Part shown: in pieces, positions 29,363 to 39,541 of the stretch
Layout: each line of letters starts with the position of its first letter
Numbering within the stretch: the stretch's first letter is position 1
Origin: an uncultured Verrucomicrobiae bacterium
GTDB lineage: Bacteria; Verrucomicrobiota; Verrucomicrobiia; Limisphaerales; Palsa-1400
Direction of reading: 5' to 3'
DNA: 64,000 nt
Assembly: GCA_963707025.1 (NCBI GenBank)
Contig: CAVPOM010000011.1
Span: forward strand, 63,164-127,163
Position numbers and translations under genes: made by a program
The notes under the pieces: generated by a model
What the model saw: the letters and a program-made list of their open reading frames with translations, nothing else
Database searches by the model: none
Told to the model about the DNA's origin: nothing

Positions 29363-30868
29363 ATGAAAAAGTCACTATTTTTATGCGGAGCGCTCTTGCT
29401 GGCGGTTCCGGGTCTTTCGCCGGCAGCGGACTATCCCCTGGTATTCAAGACCCTCGATGCCCAGCAGGCCATGTCCTTTCCTTCCGGCTCCACCATTTAC
29501 GCCATGATGCAGGCCGCCAAACCGGCTGGCCTCCACAAGGCGCCGCCGGCCGTCTCCCAGCACCCGCTCTATGGCCAGATTGCGGCCGGAAGCGACCAAC
29601 TCCTGTGCCGGCTGGATGAATCCAAAGGCACCGGCCAGGGCTATGACCGGCTGATCGTGGACGTGAATCAGAATGGGGACCTGACGGACGACCCGGTGGT
29701 CAACCTGGTCCCGTCCGCCATGCATCAAGGAGTGGTCTCCGCGCCGCAGCAATTGCTCTTTGGGCCGATTCAGGCGCCGGACAATCTTAAGATTGGGGCG
29801 GATCGCCCCGTCTTTTTCGCCCAGGTTTACATGTTCATGGCAGCGGGGATCTCGGCTGCCGCCATGCCCAATGCCACCGTCGCCGAGATTCTCGTCCGGC
29901 CGGGCTGGTATTTGGAAGCCACGGTGAACGTGGATGGCAAGGAGCACAAGGTGGGCTTGGTGGACGGGAACTGCAATTTCCGCATCGGGGACCCGGAACG
30001 GCCCGTGACTTCCCGGACTGGGGTCAATGGCAGCGAAACCAGTTGGTATTTCCAGGGCGGCGACCGTTTCCTGATGGACTGGGGCCGTGCAGGAGGCATG
30101 CAAAGCTCCGTTCTGGAAGACCAATCCCGTTCCTTCGGCCCATTGCTTTATCTGGGCGCCAAGCCCTATAAAGTCGCCGTGGCCGCTGACAGCAAATCGC
30201 TGTCGCTGGCCCCCTGGACCGAGCCGCTGGCGGAGTTGGCCATGCAACCGGGCGGGGAGCACATCAGCAGCTTGGAGCTGGCTTGGGAGAAAGCCCCTGG
30301 CGACTGGGTGCTGCTGCAGCCCGGCGTCGAAAACGGCAAGGCCAAAGTGCCGCCGGGCAACTATCGGCTTTATTCCTTGGTCTTGAAAGGCAAAACCGCG
30401 GCCGGCGATTCCCTGATCATGAGCGGCATCAAGCGCGCTCCGGAAGGCACCGTCAAGGCCGTGGCCGGGGAAACCACGCCCTTGAAGTGCGGCGCGCCGC
30501 TGCAAATCAACTTGAGTTCCGTGCCCACGCGCGCTGCCGGCGGCTTGTTGCAGGGTCTCTTCGGTCAGGCCGGCCCTGCGCAGACCATCCAGGCTTCCAT
30601 CCTCGGCGCCGGAGGGGAGACCTATTCAGCCCCTCAACTGATGGGCGCCAGGGGAATGGGGCGCCCGCCGACCGGCCCGACTTACGCCGTCCTGACAACG
30701 GAAGGCAAACAGGTGGACTCGGGCAATCTGGAGTATGGCTGAGGCGGCGTTTGTTCGCACTCATGGCGAGTGCCCCAAGATTTGTCCGGCAAGAAAGTCA
30801 CCATCAAAGCCGAGTTCGATCTGAAACCGATTGACACGGTGAGCAAATCCATCGAAGTGCAGTTATAG
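29363..30868 (+). CDS. Secreted protein, candidate selenoprotein (in-frame TGA at 30740-42, motif EYG-U-GGVC)
   Basis: Signal peptide and EF-hand-like 'DVNQNGDLTDD'. After the TGA the frame stays open for 41 codons (GGVCSHSWRVPQDLSGKKVTIKAEFDLKPIDTVSKSIEVQL) to TAG at 30866-68. A hairpin follows the TGA. Confidence 0.7.
30757..30773 (+). promoter_or_regulatory. Candidate bacterial SECIS hairpin
   Basis: GCACTC-ATGGC-GAGTGC. The apical loop begins 20 nt after the UGA and contains GG. Confidence 0.5.
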
Positions 30869-31003
30869 AAGCAGATGGCAATTGCCAGATGCGTCCGCCC
30901 CGGACTGCCAGGGGGGCAGTCCTGCTCATTTGCCGTGTCGAGCCTGCGGCTCGCAATCGGCGCAGAGCGCCGGCGCGGCAACGAATTTGGACACTACCGA
31001 AGT

Positions 31004-31099
31004 TAGGGCGTTTTCAAGAAAACCGTAGCCGCAGCACGCGGTAGGGTCCCGGCAGGCCGGGATTGCCCGCCGCGGCGCGCACGGAGTGCGCGCCCTACC
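31004..31099. repeat. Half copy of the 17.8-kb element end plus a GTAG-type REP palindrome
   Basis: TAGGGCGTTTTCAAGAAAACCGTAGCC is 23/27 identical to the reverse complement of 18102-18128. It is followed by GGTAGGG...GGCGCGCACGGAGTGCGCGCCCTACC. Confidence 0.7.
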
Positions 31100-31146
31100 T
31101 CCCTCGTTTCGGCTACATCATTTCTTAAACCGCTCTTGCGTGCTTT

Positions 31147-31482
31147 CTATTTGTCGCCTTCCTCTTTTTCCTTTTCTGGTTTTTCTTGTGCCGCCTTTTC
31201 GTGCTCGACGTTTACGACGGTGCCTGCGATCGCATCCACATTGACCTCGGTGATGTCCTTTGAATCCGGGGTGGTGAAGCAAAACGACCAGATCAGTTTG
31301 CCGTGTTCCCGTTCCAGTTCGCATTCCTTGTAGGTGCCGTTCGGCACCATGGTGAGGGCGGTGGCCTGAGCCTGAGGCTTGCTGATTTTCGCCTCCGCTT
31401 CAAGCTGGGATTCATTCTCCGTGGCGCAGCCGGCGAGGAAGCCGGCGGCCAGGATCGAACAAAGAGTTAATCGCATTTTCAC
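31147..31482 (-). CDS. PepSY-domain lipoprotein
   Basis: Lipobox 'LAGC', 'ISKPQAQATAL', 'ELEREHGKLIWSF', 'EVNVDAIAGTVV'. Confidence 0.85.
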   Translation of the reverse strand: MKMRLTLCSILAAGFLAGCATENESQLEAEAKISKPQAQATALTMVPNGTYKECELEREHGKLIWSFCFTTPDSKDITEVNVDAIAGTVVNVEHEKAAQEKPEKEKEEGDK

Positions 31483-31566
31483 TGTTTTCCTATTCGTTAA
31501 TTGTGTCCTGCGGAGAAAGCTACCCGGCTGGAAAGAGCACGCAACGAAATTAACATTACAATATCG

Positions 31567-33768
31567 TCATTCAACCTGTTTCCAACTGAGGATTTCGTAG
31601 GCGTTGGTCAGGGACGGAGAGGAGCGGAGGATGCGCCCGGATTTGGTGGCGCTGTCCCAACTCAATTGCACGGAATCCAGCGCCGGCGTCCAACTGCCGT
31701 CGTCTTCAAACAGGGTCGCCGCCCGTCCGCCATCGCCATAGACCCAAACCGTGAGCTTTCGGCTGGCCGGGTCATCGGTATGCAACGTCGGTTGGGCCAG
31801 CGGCAGCACCGTGCCCGTCTTGACGAAGAGCGGAATGCGCCCGACCGGCACGCTGACGTTAATGCGTTGCCCGCCCGCGTGCCTCGCGCCGGTCCAAAAG
31901 TCGTGCCACTCGCCGGCGGGCAGGTAAACCGGGCGCATGGCTTCCGCGCCGGCCGCGGCGGCGCCCGCCGTGTCTGCCCGCCGGCCTCCCCGGCTGGCCG
32001 CCCCCTCCACGATGACCGGCGCGACCAGCAGGCTGTCGCCCATCATGTATTCATCGTCCATCGTTCGGGTCCGGGGATCATCGGGATAATCCATGACGAG
32101 GGCGCGGAAAGGCGGCAGGCCCTCGCGATGATAACGGACGAAGGCGGCGTGCAGGTAAGGAATGAACTTCATGCGCAAATCCAGAACTTCCCGGCAGAGC
32201 GCCTCGACATTTTCCCAGCCTTCCGCGAACCGGCCTGCATTATTCGCGGCGCGGTCCACTTGTTTCCAGGGCGGGTGGCGCAGATACCAGGCATTGATCA
32301 TGGCCAGGGGCGAGAAGGCCGCGCTTTCCAGCCGCCGCAACAATTCTTCCGGCTGGGCCGCCTCCCGCACTTCCGGCGCCCAGAGCAGGCCGGAAAAACC
32401 GGCCTGCGCCACCCCGCGAACGAACTGGCGGTGATCGTAGAGATCGCTGTAGAGAACGTAGGGATACGGCGCCGCCAGCGCGCCGGACGAGCGCACCAGG
32501 CCGTAAGTCCGCTGCTGCCGCCGCTCGAACGCCCCTTGCAGGGCGTCCTGATAACGCAGCCCAAAAAGACTGTGCATCTGCTCGCCGTCCGCTCCCGAAG
32601 GAAACCGGCTCATCTCCGGGAAGGACCAGCCGCCGGTAAAATCCGAATTGTCGCACTCGTCCGCCTTGAAGCCGGCCGCGCCCTGGGCGACAAATGTTTT
32701 CTCGTGGTAGTCGGTGAAGATCCGGCGCGTTTCAGGCTGGAGAAAGTCCGGCACCAGACCGCCCCACACCTCGTAGTCCCCGCAGTGTGGCAGCAACGAG
32801 GCATAGATCGGCGCGGAGGGATCCACGAAGGCCTGTTCCCACAGGTTCAGGCGAAAATGTTGCCCGGCCAGCGCCGCCATCAGGCCCGCAGGATCGGGAA
32901 ACCGCGTGCTCCAGAGGTATGAAGAGGAGTAAGAATGGCTCTGCCAATGCGGCTCCAGACCCAGGACGTTGCACGGCAGGCGGCGCTCGCGGAATTCGCC
33001 GGCCAGCTTCAGCACGTCCTCCTGGGTGTAATCGCTCTGCACGCGATACCAAAAACCCAGGCCCCAACGCGGAGGCAGGGGACCGCCTCCGGAAAAAAGA
33101 TGGTAGCGCTGCACCGCCTGGCACAACGACGGCCCGGCGAAGATGTAAACAGCCACGCCCGCCGCCTCTGGAATTTCCACCAGCACCTCGCTCTCCGCGC
33201 CCAGACCTCTTCGTTCGTCGGGCGAAAGTCCGTTCCAATTGTCCGGGCGGTTGCCGGCTTGCCCATCATTGGCCGGCAGGGGCGGGTGCTTTTTGTTGCC
33301 CAGATAGAATGTCGGGTAGCGCGCCGTGTCTATGAGCACACCGTAGCCGCGCGTGGTGACGTAGAAGGGCACGGGGGCATGGGAGTCGCCGGAGTCCATC
33401 GCCGGATCGGCATTGACGCGCAGGCGTTTCTTCATGCCCCGCTGCTGGAAGGATTGCAATTGCAGCCCTAGGCCGTAAATCATCTCCTCCGCCGCCAGGG
33501 GCACGCTCACCAGCGGCCCGCGCGGGGAGAGCGTCGCGGTCACAGTGACAGGGCAGGACGCAACCGCCGGCAGCGCGGCCAGTCCATTGGTCGCCGGTGG
33601 ATAGTGGCGCGTGCTGACCGGGGTGATCTTTTCAGGAGCGCCGAAGGTGAACCGCCAGACGCCCGGCAGTATTTCCACCGGGGCGGGCGCGGGCGGTGTT
33701 TGCGCAATAGTAGTGTTGACGCAAATTGCCGCCGCCATCAGGCCGGGGATGAGGAGTTTACGTTTCAT
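31567..33768 (-). CDS. Glycoside hydrolase family 31 (alpha-xylosidase-like)
   Basis: 'IYGLGLQ', 'HAPVPFYV', 'LPPRWGLGFW', nucleophile 'GFKADECD', 'RALVMDYPDD', 'YMMGDSLLVAP', 'VYLPAGEW', 'IPLFVK'. Confidence 0.9.
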   Translation of the reverse strand: MKRKLLIPGLMAAAICVNTTIAQTPPAPAPVEILPGVWRFTFGAPEKITPVSTRHYPPATNGLAALPAVASCPVTVTATLSPRGPLVSVPLAAEEMIYGLGLQLQSFQQRGMKKRLRVNADPAMDSGDSHAPVPFYVTTRGYGVLIDTARYPTFYLGNKKHPPLPANDGQAGNRPDNWNGLSPDERRGLGAESEVLVEIPEAAGVAVYIFAGPSLCQAVQRYHLFSGGGPLPPRWGLGFWYRVQSDYTQEDVLKLAGEFRERRLPCNVLGLEPHWQSHSYSSSYLWSTRFPDPAGLMAALAGQHFRLNLWEQAFVDPSAPIYASLLPHCGDYEVWGGLVPDFLQPETRRIFTDYHEKTFVAQGAAGFKADECDNSDFTGGWSFPEMSRFPSGADGEQMHSLFGLRYQDALQGAFERRQQRTYGLVRSSGALAAPYPYVLYSDLYDHRQFVRGVAQAGFSGLLWAPEVREAAQPEELLRRLESAAFSPLAMINAWYLRHPPWKQVDRAANNAGRFAEGWENVEALCREVLDLRMKFIPYLHAAFVRYHREGLPPFRALVMDYPDDPRTRTMDDEYMMGDSLLVAPVIVEGAASRGGRRADTAGAAAAGAEAMRPVYLPAGEWHDFWTGARHAGGQRINVSVPVGRIPLFVKTGTVLPLAQPTLHTDDPASRKLTVWVYGDGGRAATLFEDDGSWTPALDSVQLSWDSATKSGRILRSSPSLTNAYEILSWKQVE

Positions 33769-33771
33769 TTT

Positions 33772-35863
33772 TCAATGAGTTGGGTCATCCGTGTGCAATG
33801 GTGCCATCCCCCTGGGCAATTTTCCAGCAGACTTTGGCGGCGCGACGGCCACGCTGGCATTGTCAAACATCACCGTGGTTGTGATCCTCGGCTCTGTCGA
33901 GGAGGCGGCCAGGCCGGCGAGGAGGCCCGGCTTCAGGGGCAGGCTGATTTCCGCGATCTGGCTCCATTCCTTCCCATCGGGGGAATAAGACGCGGTGAAG
34001 GTGTTGCCGGCACGGGTCAGGCGCAGCCAGCAGCAGCCGAGCATCCGGCCCTGGTCGGAGTAAGGTTGGCCCAACCGGGGACTCTCCCCGGCGACCACCG
34101 TCCCGGCCGCGGTGGCGGCCCCGGGTCTGAAATCGCGCCAGATAACCGGCGCTCTCCGCGTTCCGCCGATTTTGCGGGGTGATGAGCAGGGCGACGTAAG
34201 GTGAACCGGGCGCGGGCGATTCGCGCAGCATCACGCCGACGGTGGAGAGCACGGCGCTCATCTGCGGAACGAAGCGCGCGATAATGGCCCCGTCTCCGTT
34301 CATCGGCTGCCAGGCGAACTGAAACTGGTCTTCCGTGCCGCCCAGGCCCGCGCCCGCGCCCTCCAGGTTGAACGTGCGGCCGTCGAATTCCGTGGAACCC
34401 TTGACCTTGACCGCGCCAATATCCTGCTGGGCCCAAGGGGCCGGCGGGCTGGCGCTGATTCCCGTCTCCCAGGCGTCGGCGCTTTCCCCGGCGGCGTTGC
34501 TGGCGGTGGCGACATAATAATAGACTTGGCCAGGAGTGACGCCGGCATCGGTGTAGGCGGCGGTTTTGACGTTCCGGGCAATCGCGGTGTAAGGCCCGCC
34601 CGGCGTGATGGAACGTCTAACCGTGTAATCTGTGGCGCCGACGGAGGCGATCCAAGTGAGCCGGTTGCCTTGAGGGGAACCAAGGCCGGCGATGGCTCCA
34701 GGAGCGGCGGGCGGCGCTGTGGCGGGGGCGGTCTCCGCGGCGGCCTTGGGGCGGGCATAGAGCAGCGTGCCGAAACCGGTGTGGTCATGGTTGTTGATGG
34801 CGCCTTCCGGGCGGAGGTGTTCGAGGACAACCCGTTGCGCATAGGGCGCGGGCAGGCCGGCGCGATTGACATAATGATTGTAGATCTGCTCGTAAATGGG
34901 GCGGAAGCCGGAGCGCCCCGAGATTTTCTCCCACGGATACTTGCCGGTTCTGTCAATCATTGGCGTGAACGGCACCTCCCCGCCCAGGAGGTATTTCGCG
35001 GTGTATTCAAACCCCTTGAGCAACCGGTTGTCCGCAGAGGCGTAGAGATCCAACCCCTGGTTCCAGGCGACTTGGCAACAGTCGCCGAGCTGGCCCAGGC
35101 CGAGTTGGGTGTGCTGCTGATCGCGGCCGCTTTCCTGCGCCTGGCCGTCTTCGTTGATGACATAATGGGTCAGCCGGCCGTCGCCGCCGCCATTGCAATA
35201 ATAACGCAAAGACCGTTCAAACATGGCGCGGTCATTGCAGAAAACGGCGATGGCCATCATGGTTTTTTCGGCGGCGGCGTCCCAGTTGCCGTTGGCGAAG
35301 AGGGCAAAATCCTTGATCTCAGGATAAATCGCGTTGGTGAACATTTGCTCGCACCGGTGAATTTCCGCCTCCGGCCAGCCGGCGTTGGAATAACGAAGCA
35401 GCTCGGCGGCGTTGACCATCTCGAACGGACCCAGGCCCGCCATCAAAACCCCGTCCCGTCCGGTCACGCGCTTGAGTTGGGACGCCCAGGCGTTGAGGAT
35501 CTCCCTGGCCTTGTTAGCGTAGGCCATCTCGCCGGTCTGACACCACATCAGGGCGTTTTGATAAGCGGCGGCCGCGTCGTTGTTGAACTCACCGAAGTTA
35601 GAGTTGGGATTGCGTCCGATCGTTTCGCCCGGACCCTGCATGAGGTAAGTGGATTGGGAAAGCCTGTTGTTGCGAAAAACCGCAAAGCCGGCCGTGATCA
35701 CCGGGTCCTTCGTTTCGATGCCCTTTTTCATCCGTGCGAGGTCCTCCCCGGTCTGGAGGAGGCCGGGATGGACGAACGGCTGGGCCGGGGCCGCGTCGGT
35801 CGTGCCCAGGAGCAAACCCAGGAGCGCGACCGCGAAATATTTCTGTGCGAGCGTGAATTTCAC
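33772..35863 (-). CDS. Alginate-lyase-family protein with FN3 and C-terminal DUF1349/ConA-like domain (frameshift near 34110)
   Basis: 'FVHPGLL', 'ANGNWD', 'QESGRDQQH', 'WNQGLDLY', 'NRLLKGFEYTAKY'. FN3 'YYYVATASNAAGES'. The C-terminal 'WLRLTRAGNTFTASYSPDG' lies in the adjacent frame. Confidence 0.8.
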
Positions 35864-37740
35864 CGTCCCGGCTTCTGTTCACTGGCAATCCAGACGGCCT
35901 GCCCGCCGCCCGCCCCCAAGGGCGTGTCGAGCACGGTCTTGTCATTCACGGCCAGCGTCTTGACGCCGACTTTAGTTTTGGTCGCCGCCGTGTCGTCGTC
36001 CGCATAGATATGCGCCACATAGTTCCAGTCTGCGTTCAAAAACGTCAGCGGCACTTGCAGCCTCCGGGCGGCACTGCTGTTGATCGTGCCGATGAACCAG
36101 TCCTCGCCCTTGCGGCGCGCAATCGTCGCGAATTTTCCAATCTCTCCGTGAATCACCCTGGTGTCGTCCCAAACCGTCGGCACCTTTTGAAAAAACTCAA
36201 TTTCCGGTTCGCCCTGGTACTGGCCGGGCCGGTCATACCAGAAGATCCATTGCAGCGGACTGAAGGAAACCACCGCCATGGCCAATTGGTGGGCGTGCGT
36301 GGTCTTGATTCGTTTGTCGTAATAACAAACCGTGTAGTCGGCCGGACCGGCCGTGTAGCGGGCGAAGGGGACCGTGCAATTATGTTCGGGAGTGGGAAAG
36401 TGCTCGTTGCCCCGGATGCCTTCGACCGTGAGCAGGTTCGGATACTCGCGGCTCAGGCCCATGGAACGGTAGCCGTCGTGAATGTTCAGGACCAGATGGT
36501 GCTCCGCCGCCTTTTGCACCGTCTCCGTAATCCACGCCGTCTCCTCCTGCGGACCGACCTCTATGAATCCAATCTTGACTCCCTTCACGCCCCATTTTTC
36601 GTAAAGCGGAAAAAGAATGTCGCGCTGCTTTTTGATCTGCTGCCGGTCCACGTAAAGGATCACCCCTACATTTTTCGCGCTGCCATACCGGATAATCTCA
36701 GGGAGATCCAGATTGGTCGCGCGCACCGTGGTGGCGTCCCCGGTTTGGTTCTCAGCGCCATACCATCGGGTGTCCAGCGACACATACTGCAACCCGCCTT
36801 TCTCCGCGAAATCAATGATGGCTTTGGAATTGGCCGTGGTCAGCGCCGTGTCCCGCATCACCTTGCCGGGCTTGATCCACGAAAGATCCGGCAACGCCGC
36901 CGGCGGCACCAAGTCCAGAATGAGATAATTGCGCTCCAGCAGGTCGCCCGGCTTTTCCCCCACGATGAGCGTTCGCCACGGCGTCGCCGCCCCGGCGGCC
37001 AGGCGCGCGGGCCACCGCCCCGGGCGGCTGCCGGCGTTGTTGGCGCTCGATCCGCCCAGCGCGCTGACCAGCGCCCCGGGCACACCCGGCAGACCGGACA
37101 ACAACATGCGCGGATAATTTTCATTGTCCGCTTCGGCCAGTGACGCCAGCAAGCCATTGGTCAATTCCAGCGTCAGGGGCCGTTCGCACCACGGCTCCAT
37201 GTCGGCAACCCGCACCCGCCGATACTCCCCCTCCGTGCCATGCTCCTCATAAGCCATCGTCTCCGGGGCAAACCGGAATTCCGTCCGCTCGGCTGTAAAC
37301 ACAAATTCCCGCGATCCCTCCTGCGCCGGGAACGAATAACGAAACGCCGCCCCTTCATTGTAGGCCCGAAAAGTAATCCGCATCTGTTCTCCCGACTCCT
37401 GTTTCAGGTCCACATTGAGTTCGCCATAGTTGTCGGGAATGATTTTGCGCTCGCCGAAATTGTTGGTCCATTGGCCCCGGTGCGAACCCGAGGAGCTTTT
37501 CGCCGCATGAAAACCATTCGTCAGGCCGGGTTCAAAACCGAGTCTTGACTCCAGCACAACGGGCTTTCCCAAAAACTCGATTTTGTAAGCCGGAGCGCCA
37601 TCGGCCTCCAGCACAAATTCAACCGCCATCTTGCCGTCGGGGGACTCGACCCGGTCCGCCGCCGGGGCGACGCCGGGGGCGGCGGTCGCCAGGGCGAGGG
37701 AGAAAACGGTTCGGAGCAGGAGGTTTTGTAAATTCATCAT
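35860..37740 (-). CDS. Glycoside hydrolase family 97
   Basis: 'SPDGK', 'FRAYNEGAAFRY', 'TPWR', 'SWIKPGK', 'WGVKGVKIGF', 'YPNLLTVEGIRGNE', 'GPADYT', 'VPTVWDDT'. Confidence 0.92.
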   Translation of the reverse strand: MMNLQNLLLRTVFSLALATAAPGVAPAADRVESPDGKMAVEFVLEADGAPAYKIEFLGKPVVLESRLGFEPGLTNGFHAAKSSSGSHRGQWTNNFGERKIIPDNYGELNVDLKQESGEQMRITFRAYNEGAAFRYSFPAQEGSREFVFTAERTEFRFAPETMAYEEHGTEGEYRRVRVADMEPWCERPLTLELTNGLLASLAEADNENYPRMLLSGLPGVPGALVSALGGSSANNAGSRPGRWPARLAAGAATPWRTLIVGEKPGDLLERNYLILDLVPPAALPDLSWIKPGKVMRDTALTTANSKAIIDFAEKGGLQYVSLDTRWYGAENQTGDATTVRATNLDLPEIIRYGSAKNVGVILYVDRQQIKKQRDILFPLYEKWGVKGVKIGFIEVGPQEETAWITETVQKAAEHHLVLNIHDGYRSMGLSREYPNLLTVEGIRGNEHFPTPEHNCTVPFARYTAGPADYTVCYYDKRIKTTHAHQLAMAVVSFSPLQWIFWYDRPGQYQGEPEIEFFQKVPTVWDDTRVIHGEIGKFATIARRKGEDWFIGTINSSAARRLQVPLTFLNADWNYVAHIYADDDTAATKTKVGVKTLAVNDKTVLDTPLGAGGGQAVWIASEQKPGR

Positions 37741-37846
37741 GGATAATTCAGGCGAAAAAACACCCTGCTGTTCGCTGGAATTAAAGTAAAGATCATTTCA
37801 TTGGACTTTCCAAAGGGAACCCCAACTTGCATGGTAAAGGGCAGTT

Positions 37847-39541
37847 ATGAAAATAAGTCCCTTTGCGGGAAAACCTGTCGAGGCCGGGATGCTGGTCAAC
37901 GTGCCCCGGCTCGTCACGGCCTACTATGCCGGGGCGCCCGACCCCGCGGTGCCCGCGCAGCGGGTGGCCTTCGGCACCTCGGGCCATCGCGGCACGGCCT
38001 TGGACAACTCTTTCAATGAAGATCACATCCTGGCGATCACACAAGCCATCTGCCTCTACCGCAAGCGGCAGGGAACCGATGGCCCGCTCTTTCTGGGCCT
38101 TGACACCCACGCGCTGTCGGCGCCGGCCGGCGCCACCGCCCTGGAGGTGCTGGCGGCCAATGGGGTCGAGGTCATGATCGCGGCCGGGGATGAATACACG
38201 CCGACCCCGGTGATTTCTCATGCCATCCTGACCTGCAATCGCGGCCGGAAAACCGGGCTGGCCGATGGCATTGTCGTCACCCCCTCGCACAATCCACCGC
38301 AGGATGGAGGCTTTAAATACAACCCGGCCAACGGCGGCCCGGCGGACACGACGGCCACCGGTTGGATCGAAAGGCGGGCCAATAGATTTCTTGAGTCCCG
38401 CCTGCGCGGCGTGAAACGCCTCCCTCTGGCCAAAGCCCTCAACGCCTCCACGACGCACCGGCACGACTATCTCAGCGCCTACATCGGCGATCTGGGCAAT
38501 GTCGTTGACATGGAGGTCATCCGCGGCGCGAAACTCAACCTGGGTGTGGATCCCCTGGGAGGCGCGGGCGTCCATTATTGGGGACGCATCGCCGAGCGTT
38601 ATGGTTTGAATCTGGCCGTGGTCAACGAAGCGATTGATCCCACCTTCCGGTTTATGACGGCGGATTGGGATGGCCAGATACGGATGGACCCTTCCTCGGC
38701 CTGCGCGATGCAGCGTTTAATCGCGATGAAGGACCGCTTTGACCTATCCTTCGCCTGCGACACCGACCATGACCGGCACGGCATTGTCACCCGAAGCCAC
38801 GGATTGCTGCCGCCCAATCACTACCTGTGCGCCGCGATCTTCTATCTTTTTCAGAACCGGCCAAAGTGGCCCAAGGCGATGGCGGTCGGCAAGACGCTGG
38901 TGAGCAGCCAGATGATTGACCGGATCGCCGCCAAACTGGGCCGAAAGCTCTTCGAGGTCCCGGTCGGTTTCAAGTGGTTTGTGGATGGCTTGCTGGACGG
39001 CTCGCTTGGCTTTGTGGGAGAGGAAAGCGCGGGCGCCACCTTCGCCCGGCTGGACGGCACGGTTTGGACGACAGACAAAGACGGCTTTGTGCCGGCCTTG
39101 CTGGCGGCGGAAATGACCGCCCGGATGGGCCGCGATCCCGGGGAAATCTACCACGAATTGACGCGCGAATTCGGGGAGCCGGCTTATGACCGGGTTGAAG
39201 CGCCGGCCACTCCGGAGCAAAAGGCGCTGTTGGCCAGGCTCTCACCCCAGCAAGTTAAGTTCACCGATTTGGCCGGCGAAAAAATCCAGGCCGTTCTTAC
39301 CCGCGCGCCGGGCAATGGCGCTCCAATCGGCGGGCTGAAAGTGGCGGCCGGGAGCGGATGGTTCGCGGCGCGTCCGTCGGGGACCGAGAATATCTACAAG
39401 ATTTATGCGGAAAGCTTCCGGGGAGCGGACCATTTGCGCCGCGTCCTGGAGGAAGCCCAGACGATGGTCAGCGATGCGTTGGCGGCGTCCCCGCCGGAAC
39501 CGGGGATTCCGTCCGCGCCACAACCGAAGGAGAAATCATGA
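37847..39541 (+). CDS. pgm: Phosphoglucomutase (alpha-D-glucose-1,6-bisphosphate-dependent)
   Basis: 'FGTSGHRG', 'TPSHNPP', 'DTDHDRH', 'GEESAGA', 'ARPSGTENIYKIYAESF'. Confidence 0.96.
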   Translation: MKISPFAGKPVEAGMLVNVPRLVTAYYAGAPDPAVPAQRVAFGTSGHRGTALDNSFNEDHILAITQAICLYRKRQGTDGPLFLGLDTHALSAPAGATALEVLAANGVEVMIAAGDEYTPTPVISHAILTCNRGRKTGLADGIVVTPSHNPPQDGGFKYNPANGGPADTTATGWIERRANRFLESRLRGVKRLPLAKALNASTTHRHDYLSAYIGDLGNVVDMEVIRGAKLNLGVDPLGGAGVHYWGRIAERYGLNLAVVNEAIDPTFRFMTADWDGQIRMDPSSACAMQRLIAMKDRFDLSFACDTDHDRHGIVTRSHGLLPPNHYLCAAIFYLFQNRPKWPKAMAVGKTLVSSQMIDRIAAKLGRKLFEVPVGFKWFVDGLLDGSLGFVGEESAGATFARLDGTVWTTDKDGFVPALLAAEMTARMGRDPGEIYHELTREFGEPAYDRVEAPATPEQKALLARLSPQQVKFTDLAGEKIQAVLTRAPGNGAPIGGLKVAAGSGWFAARPSGTENIYKIYAESFRGADHLRRVLEEAQTMVSDALAASPPEPGIPSAPQPKEKS

